From Eledone cirrhosa (lineage: Eukaryota): a stretch of DNA of 64,000 nt. How positions within the stretch are numbered: position 1 is the stretch's first letter; each line of letters opens with the position of its first letter. Positions 17,739-26,319 of the stretch are shown in pieces. Position numbers and translations under genes: made by a program. Location of the stretch: positions 32,116,001 to 32,180,000 of the forward strand of contig OZ024742.1 in NCBI GenBank assembly GCA_964016885.1. The letters are read 5' to 3'. The notes beneath the pieces are model-generated. The model searched no databases, was not told the origin of the DNA, and saw nothing but the letters and a program-made list of their open reading frames with translations.

Positions 17739-18030
17739 AAATAAAAATGGCGTAGACATTACAATACATACAATATATTAGGGGGAAACATGATAATAGT
17801 ACCACTGATGATGTTGCAGATGAGCAACGAAAGAACTTTGTTAGACTATATATAAGTATTTATATATGTATTTTTGACCGTCAGTCAGTGATAAACATTG
17901 ATGGCCAAATAAATTAACTATGGAGATATAAAAGATGCAGAAGTGAAAACCAACCAAACAGTGAGTGTGTTCTGTTATTATTTCTGGCAATATTATTACA
18001 ATAATATGCCCCTCCCCAAGTATAAAAATA
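17739..18030 (+). mobile_element. Diverged Penelope-like pLTR fragment
   Basis: Colinear motifs shared with 48580-48838: aaaatggcgtag, hammerhead, aagtgaaa, atgcccctccccaagtataa. Confidence 0.7.
17800..17843 (+). ncRNA. Minimal type I hammerhead ribozyme
   Basis: TACCA-CTGATGA-T-GTTGC agatga GCAAC-GAAA-GAAC-TT-TGTTA; stem I has 1 mismatch. Confidence 0.75.
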
Positions 18031-18084
18031 TATAAATATAAGTATAAATACCAATGATGGTTGGCAAAATCACTGATGAGGGAC

Positions 18085-18175
<91 letters not shown>

Positions 18176-18307
18176 GTGAGGGTTTTTTTACAAAAGCAAA
18201 AAAAAAAACGAGGTGTCCTACACGAGTGAAAGTATAAATAAAAAAAGAGGAATCGAAAATGCAACTGGAGTCTTATTTAAAAATATATATATATATTTAT
18301 TTGGTTC

Positions 18308-18343
18308 CTTTACCGGTTTCGCAGTTCTTCTGCTTTTCAAAAG
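18308..18343 (-). ncRNA. Minimal hammerhead ribozyme, U3-A8 core variant
   Basis: Minus strand CTT-TTGAAAA-GCAG aagaa CTGC-GAAA-CCGG-TA-AAG; palindromic ACCGGT stem III. Confidence 0.7.
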
Positions 18344-18398
18344 TAGAGTTGAGATGGAGGGTCTGTGGCTTTTCTCACACGTGATATATATATATATA

Positions 18399-18592
18399 TA
18401 GGAACGAGTAGGACACCGACGGCTGAGCTCAAGCCGTTTCGACGGCTAATTCCGTCCAGAATTAGCCGTCGAAACGGCTTGAGCTCAGCCGTCGGGGTCC
18501 TACTCGTTCCTATTACCCACTCTACTACCCTAAGTATTGAGTACTTTGGTGCGTTATGGTCCACCTGGTTCCTTACCACATTTCCTCCGTTA
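18399..18592 (+). mobile_element. Fold-back element in (TA)n: 54-bp inverted repeat plus 80-bp tail
   Basis: Arms 18399-18452 and 18459-18512. Homologues at 47244-47432, 57727-57842 and 21165-21259. Confidence 0.85.
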
Positions 18593-18606
18593 TATATATA
18601 TATATT

Positions 18607-18793
18607 GGGCGGTGGATTGGCAGTCTCGGTAGAGGGTCGGACGCCATGCTTTCCACCATAGTTACGTCCCTTTACGATCTGAGTTCAAATCCCGCCGAGG
18701 TTGACTTTGCCTTTCATCCTTACGGGGGTCGATAAAATAAAGTACCAGTAATGTACTGGGTAATTGCTGGCCTTGTGCCTAATGAAGAAACAG

Positions 18794-18795
<2 letters not shown>
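18607..18795 (+). mobile_element. tRNA-derived SINE (family A)
   Basis: A-box TGGCAGTCTCGG, B-box GAGTTCAAATCC, body gcctttcatcct...gtcgataaaataaagtacc; at least 5 homologues in the window. Confidence 0.85.
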
Positions 18796-18839
<44 letters not shown>

Positions 18840-18962
18840 CAATGATATTAAATAAATGGAAACTATATTTATAAAACCATATTTATTCTATTATATATAT
18901 TTCAAGGGTACCAAAATGTATTGAGTGCCTTACTTACCGTGCTTCCCCTATATTGAACCCGG

Positions 18963-19020
<58 letters not shown>

Positions 19021-19031
19021 CCTCCCCACCC

Positions 19032-19071
<40 letters not shown>

Positions 19072-19109
19072 TATATATATATATATATACAGATATAGAT
19101 ATAGATATA

Positions 19110-19480
19110 TAATCTTCTTCTTTACCTTCTTCGTTGCCTTCTCCTCCCACTTATTCCTAGGGTGGGGTCATGGGGGCTGAGTCCTCAAACACTATTTCCA
19201 GTGGGTCCTGTCAGAAGCAACCGTCTCCAATTGATCCCCAAGCGAGACCAGCCGAGCTCATGGATGCTATCCAACCATCTTGCTCTGGGTCTCCTGTCGG
19301 TTGATTTTGCCCTTAAAATATGTGAGCGATGACTAATCTCTCAGAGGCTGAGGTCACCAGAGCAATTAAAGAGCTAAAAACGTGTTAAGGCCTCTGGGGA
19401 GGATGAAATTCAGCTCTAGATGTTAAAAGCATTAAATAGAGAAGGTACTCGTTGGCTGACTCGTTTGAGCCAAGTTACTG
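19110..19480. mobile_element. Degenerate RTE-type LINE remnant: 3' end on minus strand plus an RT piece on plus strand
   Basis: 19130-19330 matches 43365-43570. 19345-19475 translates to approximately EVTRAIKELK..KASGEDEI..MLKALNREGTRWLTRL. Confidence 0.6.
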
Positions 19481-19957
19481 GTGTGTTGTTTTGACTGTTT
19501 AGTGAGGGGGGGGGGGGGTACTCTTTTCAAGGTTTACAAATCAACTGATGAGAGGGGAAAAAGCAATTTCAAACCGGAGACCTTTCTTAACTAGAATTAA
19601 TCATTAAAGCTAATGATTTACCTCTTCGTAACGGATGTAATTTTAATTAAACATTTTTATGCAGATTATATAGTATCTGTTATTCTTCAATAAACTACTG
19701 TACCAGAGCTGACATGTAGCTAAACAGTAATTAAAAGAACACATTAAATAATGTACCCCTAGATACACTCTGTCTGAAAAAGCAAAACAGAACAAAACAA
19801 GAAAACTCTAGTCGTAGCTTTACTCGTTCATGTCTGACTATGAGCTAAACAACTGCAGGAAACACACATTAGGTATTATACTCCGAGATACACTCTGAGA
19901 AAAATATTTGATTGTAGTTTTACTCTATTGAGTTTGAACTACACCATATTTACATAT

Positions 19958-20041
<84 letters not shown>

Positions 20042-20437
20042 TATACATATATATATATAATATAATTACATAAACGGAGAAAGCTATTAGCGATACTCCG
20101 ACCAATTTCCAACTCACTCAACAAACATTAGGAAATACCGGAGTATATTCCCAATTAAACGTTTGGAGTGCTAACTATATAGTATTGTGTGGATAATTGG
20201 CTGTATTATTTTATATGAGATATATTAAAGATCTCATTTCCCAAACGAATCGTTTCATTATAAGATTTCTACATGGTGTGTGAAATTATACCAAGTTATG
20301 TGGAAACTTGTGTAAGATCAACGGATTCTTATGCAAGTGGGCTCTTATAAATCTTCAGTGGGTGCCCAATAATATTAATATTAATAACTAAATCAACATC
20401 AATATTTAGCGATAATCACCATCAGTGCTAGAAGGAG

Positions 20438-20537
<100 letters not shown>

Positions 20538-20731
20538 GTAATGAGTATAATCGAAGTTGCAGCTGCAAGTAACAGATTCGCATTCGATCTTCAAAGACTG
20601 TCACAAAGCACTCGATGACAGAGTAATCAATAAATTTCTCCCCAGAGTGAACACACAATATGTTAGGTAATAGTGACACAATGAATGTTGCCACATTAAT
20701 ACTACAACAACGAAAAATACATATATATATA

Positions 20732-21140
20732 TGGAGGAAGTTATAGTTCACTTGAAGCATTGTGTAATGAGGTATAAACGTTTGAATTTGTAAAGCCAAA
20801 CAATGCAGGTATGGACATAGAATAAAAATGCAAATGCAAAAGATATTGTTGACAATTAGTCTTTTACCTTAGATTTATTTAAATGTCCTTAATTTTCGAG
20901 ATAATATCTCTTCTTCGGAGGGAAGTAAAGCGGTTAAACCAGTGTTCTAAATAGCTTGCCAAGTATTTAGAACACTGGTTTAACCGCTTTACTTCCCTCC
21001 GAAGAAGAGATATTATCTCGAAAATTAAGGACGTTTAAATAAATCTAAGGTAAAAGACTAATTGTCAACAATATCTCTTGCATTTGCATTTTTATTCTAT
21101 GTCCATACCTGTATTGTTTGGTTTTACAAATTCAAACGTG
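20732..21140. mobile_element. Fold-back PLE-like insertion: ~180-bp inverted repeat plus ~46-bp tail, flanked by TA runs
   Basis: Arms ~20778-20957 and 20961-21139 with few mismatches; each arm carries a hammerhead-like motif. Confidence 0.8.
20996..21030 (+). ncRNA. Minimal hammerhead-like motif, U4C variant (mirror copy 20887-20921 on minus strand)
   Basis: CCT-CCGAAGA-A-GAGAT att ATCTC-GAAA-AT-TA-AGG. Confidence 0.55.
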
Positions 21141-21164
21141 TATATATATATAAATATATATATA

Positions 21165-21259
21165 TAGGAAAATGTTCAAGACCCCGACGGCAGAGCTCAA
21201 GCCGTTTTGACGGCTATTTCTGGACTAAAAAAAAAAGTCCAGAAATAGCCGTCGAAAAC
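21165..21259. mobile_element. Diverged copy of the 54-bp-arm hairpin family
   Basis: tagga..gaccccgacggcagagctcaagccgttttgacggctatttctggact (A)n agtccagaaatagccgtcgaaa. Confidence 0.7.
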
Positions 21260-21282
21260 TTCGATTTTACTAAACTTCTACT

Positions 21283-21320
<38 letters not shown>

Positions 21321-21520
21321 AGTGGAAGTTTAGTAAAATCGAAGTTTTGGCTGTGGCCAAGCTAACGATATACAATTAGGAATGTACAGCAAAGCACTCA
21401 ATAAGGTTGTAGACCTTAGAGTAATAACATACGTTTAGACAGCTTGACAAATTGAAAATTGCGACAGGTAAGCCTAGCCACATAATACCAAATCAACGAA
21501 AAAACTAATCAGGTTAGACG

Positions 21521-21543
<23 letters not shown>

Positions 21544-21551
<8 letters not shown>

Positions 21552-21798
21552 ATACTTTGGGAGGGTCATGTTGCCAATAAGAAACACACGCACCAGTTGC
21601 TTTCACTTCAAATTATTATAAATTTCCGGTTGGTTGGTTGGTTCCTCAACCGGGTGGTTGTTCATATATAGTCAAAGTTCTTTCGTCACACATTCTGTGA
21701 CCTCTTCAGTGACTGGGGATTCTTTTCTTTGTTTTGGTGCCTCTCCTTTGTTCTACGTTGTCCTACGCTATCTTGTTTTTGCTAAACAAATTCAGAAA

Positions 21799-21803
<5 letters not shown>
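21544..21803 (-). mobile_element. Inverted Penelope-like pLTR insertion
   Basis: 21544-21775 is the reverse complement of the pLTR (~48585-48838). 21779-21801 is the forward end ttgctaaacaaattcagaaacga. (TA)n on both sides. Confidence 0.9.
21670..21714 (-). ncRNA. Minimal type I hammerhead ribozyme
   Basis: AGTCA-CTGAAGA-G-GTCACA gaatg TGTGAC-GAAA-GAAC-TT-TGACT. Confidence 0.8.
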
Positions 21804-21836
<33 letters not shown>

Positions 21837-21881
21837 ACATGTATATGTATATGTATATATGTGTGTGTGTGTGTGTATGTG

Positions 21882-21936
<55 letters not shown>

Positions 21937-21989
21937 CTGTGTGTGTGTATATACACACATACAATACACACACACACACATGTATATAC

Positions 21990-22079
<90 letters not shown>

Positions 22080-22436
22080 GTATGAAACAGAATTCTTCAT
22101 GCTGTTTCAAAAGATGGTGCTGTTAATCCATCGTTCAAAGTTTTATAGCCCACTTTTATATTACGGCGTTTCCTCCTTACTTGATTTCCATTATTGCCAG
22201 CCTCGCAACACTTGACTTTATTGTTACATAGAAGCCACTTAAAATATATTTATTTTTCATATCACTTCAAAGTGTTGCACAGATTTGGCAGGACACTGAA
22301 AAAGGAATAAAAAGTAAGTAAAACTGGGAATAGGATAGAAATTAAAAGGAAGAGGTTACGAGATAAAGTATTTAGAACCATGTGTGTGGGATGGAATAAA
22401 TTATATGTCTAAGTTATTTGGAAGTTGGTTTATTGT

Positions 22437-22735
22437 TGTGGTTGTTTAACCCAAGGCCAGCATTGATCGGGGTGGTGAATTGTTAGAGTAGTTAGGATGT
22501 TGGTTGTTTAACCCTCGGTTAGAATTGATCCAGGTGGTGAATTGTTAGAGTAGTTAGGATGTTGGTTGTTTAACCCTCGGTTAGAATTGATCCAGGTGGT
22601 GAATTGTTAGAGTAGTTAGGATGTTGGTTGTTTAACCCTCGGTTAGAATTGATCCAGGTGGTGAATTGTTAGAATCATTATGAAGATGGTTTATAGTTGT
22701 GGTTGTTTAACCCAAGGTCAGCGTTGATCCAGGTA
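22437..22735. repeat. 62-bp minisatellite (~4.5 copies)
   Basis: gttggttgtttaaccctcgg recurs at 22499, 22561 and 22623. Confidence 0.9.
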
Positions 22736-22866
22736 AATAATTGTCAGAGTCGTTAGGAAATCAGATATTGACACACTGTGCTCTCTGAATTGAAATCACG
22801 CCGAGGTCAAATTAACGACCTTTCATCATTTCGAGGTCGATAAAGAAGTACCAGTGAAGTACTGGC
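22735..22866 (+). mobile_element. Degenerate SINE (family A)
   Basis: cgccgaggtc...cctttcatcatttcgaggtcgataaagaagtaccag. Confidence 0.65.
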
Positions 22867-23287
22867 GTAGATTTTTCCTCTATATCTCTTTCTTGCTACA
22901 TCTCTATCTCTGTCTCTTTTTTCTCTGGAGGAAATCGTATTCAGAGATTTAGAAGAGATGGGCTCCGTCAGGTTTAAAATGCCAAAGAAACGTATTACTC
23001 TGCAGCGTCCCCAAGATTCTATCAGGAATTACAGGCCAGGAGAGGGAGGGGATTTGATCCAGCAGTCCTTTGATCAGACTTTCAGGTTTTAACCACCCAG
23101 GTTCTTATTTTTTTTACGCACGGATTATCTACAGGTCAGGAAATGGAAAAACTAGAGTTGATCCAGCAGTCATTTGATCAGACTTTCAGGTTTTAACTAT
23201 CCGACATTTTATTTTGTTTCAGGCACGGTTTATTTAAGGAATAAATCAACGAAAGTGCTTTTGCTGCTATTGTTTTAACTGATATCA

Positions 23288-24508
23288 TGGCTGGTTGACT
23301 GGTTGGTTGGCTGGTTGACTGGCTGGTTGGTTGGTTAGTTGGTTGGTTGGCTGGCTGCTTGTTGGTTGGCTGGTTGGCTGGCTGGTTGGTTGGTTGGTTG
23401 GCTGGCTGGTTGGTTGGCTGGTTGACTGGTTGGTTGGTTGGTTGGTTGGTTGGTTGACTGGCTGGTTGGTTGGTTGGCTGGTTGGTTAGTTGGTTCGTTG
23501 GCTGGCTGGCTGGTTGGGTGGCTGGTTGGTTGGTTGGTTGGTTGGTTGGTTGGTTGGTTGGTTGGTTGGTTGGTTGGTTGGTTGGTTGGTTGGCTGGCTG
23601 GTTGGTTGGTTGGCTGTTTGACTGGTTGGTTGGTTGGTTGGTTGGTTGGTTGGTTGGTTGGCTGGCTGGTTGGTTGGCTGGTTGACTGGTTGGTTGGTTG
23701 GTTGGTTGGTTGGTTGGCTGGCTGGCTGGTTGGTTGGCTGGTTGACTGGTGGGTTGGTTGGTTGGTTGGCTGGCTGGTTGGTTGGCTGGTTGACTGGTGG
23801 ATTGGTTGGTTGGTTGGTTGGTTGGCTGGTTGGTTGGCTGGTTGGTTGGTTGGTTGGCTGGTTGGTTGGTTGGTTGGTTGGTTGGTTGGCTGGTTGACTG
23901 GTTGGTTGGTTGGTTGGTTGGTTGGTTGGCTGGTTGGTTGGTTGGCTGGTTGGTTAGTTGGCTGGTTGGCTGGCTGGTTGGTTGGTTGGCTGGCTGGTTG
24001 GTTGGTTGGTTGGTTGGTTGGCCGGTTGGGTGGCTGGTTGGTTGGTTGGTTGGCTGGTTGGTTGGTTGGCTGGTTAACTGGTTGGTTGGTTGGTTGGCTG
24101 GCTGGTTGGCTGGCTGGTTGGTTGGTTGGTTGGCTGGTGGTTGGTTGGTTGACTGGCTGGTTGGTTGGTTGGCTGGTTGGCTGGCTGGTTGGTCGGTTGG
24201 TTGGTTGGCTGGTTGGTTGGCTGGTTGGTTGGCTGGTTGGTTGGTTGGTTGTTTGGTTGGTTGACTGGTTGGCTGGTTGGTTGGTTGGCTGGCTGGTTGG
24301 CTGGCTGGTTGGTTGGTTGGCTGGTTGGCTGGCTGGTTGGTTGGTCGGTTGGTTGGTTGGTTGGTTGGCTGGTTGGTTGGCTGTTTGGTTGGTTGGTTGT
24401 TTGGTTGGTTGACTGGCTGGTTGGTTGGTTGGTTGGCTGGTGGTTGGTTGGTTGACTGGCTGGTTGGTTGGTTGACTGGCTGGTTGGTTGGTTGGTTGGC
24501 TGGTTGGT
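23288..24508. repeat. (GGTT/GGCT)n tetranucleotide array
   Basis: Direct inspection. Confidence 0.95.
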
Positions 24509-24571
24509 TCTTATGTGTTTTCATATAAAACAGCAATTAACAGTGTGCAACTAATGTTTGACTAATAAAGA

Positions 24572-24761
24572 TAATTGTTTCTACTTTTGGCACAAGGCCA
24601 GCAATTACCCAGTGCATTACTGGTACTTTATTTTATCGACCCCGTAAGGATGAAAGGCAAAGTTAACCTCGGCGTTATTTGAACTCAGAATGGCAAGGGC
24701 CGTAACTCTATGCGTCAAAGCATGGCGTCCGACCCTCTACCGATACTGTCAGTCCACCGCC
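24572..24761 (-). mobile_element. SINE (family A)
   Basis: Reverse complement of 18607-18795. Confidence 0.85.
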
Positions 24762-24774
24762 AAAGATAATAATA

Positions 24775-24975
24775 ATAATGGTTTCTGATTTAGGCACAAG
24801 GCCAACAATTTTGGGGGAGGAGAAGATCGATTAGATCGATCCCAGTGCATTGCCGATACTTTATTTTATCGACCATGTAAGGATGAACTGCAAAGTTAAC
24901 CTCGGCGGGATTTGAAATCAGAATGTAAAGGGACGTAACTTTATGCGACAAAGTATATTATCCGACTCTCTACCG
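24775..24975 (-). mobile_element. SINE (family A variant)
   Basis: Same body, adjacent tandem copy. Confidence 0.8.
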
Positions 24976-25169
24976 AACAACAGTAACAACAACAATTCAA
25001 GTTAGCTTGGCACAAGTAATTAGAATTGAAAAGTTATACAGGTATTAGATTCTAAAATTCTAACCATCCTAAAACTAAAAAGCCCAGCTGAGGGCACAAA
25101 TAAATTGCTACGACCGTCACTTGTGAGGCCCTTACTATCAGAATATATATATAAAGTACAAGAACTACA

Positions 25170-25420
25170 AGAAATGTTAGAATAGGAAGCCGAGAAAGTT
25201 GGTCTAATTATCAACAATAGGAAAACTGAGCTTAGGCAATTAAATCATACACACCCAGTGATCGTAAATCCAATATCTGGACAGCAACTACAAGTTGTTG
25301 AAAAATTTCAAATATATTGGAGCTTGGAGGGCCAACTCAGGGTAAGATATCAACAACAGAAGGCTATCACATAGCAAGTACATCATAAATTATCCAAAAT
25401 CTGAAAGTCAACACTGACGA
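25170..25420 (+). mobile_element. Degenerate LINE RT remnant
   Basis: Translates to approximately LE*EAEKVGLIINNRKTE...LQVVEKF.YIGAW, typical of RT motifs 6-7. Confidence 0.5.
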
Positions 25421-25429
25421 AGATTTAGT

Positions 25430-25585
25430 CAAAAGTTTGGGGTTTTTTTTTAAACGAATTAGCACAAAAACCTGATCTGATCGAAAGAAACGGATGTCAT
25501 TTTCGGATTCAGTGGTGCAAAATTTCCTAAATCAGTTGGAAAAACTTAGACGACTTACAAAAAAAATTTTTTGTAACCCAGTGTA
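25430..25585. mobile_element. Probable Tc1/mariner-like terminus remnant
   Basis: Ends tttttgtaacccagtg|ta; only one end visible. Confidence 0.35.
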
Positions 25586-25709
25586 ATTATTTTTAATTTT
25601 TTACTAGCTTTTTTAGAGGAGGGCTTCAAATTGGGGTTCCTATGATAAATTCAACCCAAGTCCTACCAACACTAGTGACCTATTTTTTCACGCCCTAAAA
25701 ATATTACTA

Positions 25710-25757
25710 CACCCTTGAAAAGGGCATGCTGAACACACAAGCCGAAACTACTTGGTG
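25710..25757 (+). ncRNA. Degenerate hammerhead-like motif, U3-A8 variant
   Basis: CACC-c-TTGAAAA-G-GGC...GCC-GAAA-CTAC-TT-GGTG. Confidence 0.5.
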
Positions 25758-25772
25758 CCACGGTTGGGATTT

Positions 25773-25844
<72 letters not shown>

Positions 25845-25895
25845 TGTGAAATTCCAACCGTGGCACCAAGTAGTTTCGGCTTGTGTGTTCAGCAT
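25726..25895. repeat. 53-bp inverted repeat around a symmetric (TC)n(TA)n(GA)n centre
   Basis: Arms 25726-25778 and 25843-25895, 1 mismatch. Confidence 0.9.
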
Positions 25896-26319
25896 ATATA
25901 TATACAAGGTCTGGACACAGGCTAAATGCATATTCTCAATAGGGGCAAAAACATTACAGTAAGTTATAAATAGTGATATTTCCTATGTGCCCTGCCTTTA
26001 GGGACACCCTGTATATATATATGTGTGTGTGTGTGTGTGTATGTGTGTGTGAGTGTCTGTGTGTGTGTGTGTGTGTGTGTGTCTGTGTCTGCGTCTGTGA
26101 ATATATATATATAAAATGAAACTTAGTATGAAAGCCTCAAGGACCGAATCGGAGGTTTCCTCATTCGTAAAAAGTAACTATCTGAAAATATCAAAAATGA
26201 TTTCTAGTTGAAGAAGCCAGGCAGATAACCACGTTGATGGCTACCGTTCCATGAAGATATGGAAGACTGTAGAATATTAGCAGGGAAACTAATTATATGC
26301 TTCAATTGGGTTTGTGGAG

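Noticed and set aside
18053-18090. CTGATGA-GGGAC as a truncated hammerhead
   Set aside because: The homologue at ~53270-53308 (minus strand) has no stem II or GAAA; likely an unrelated repeat.
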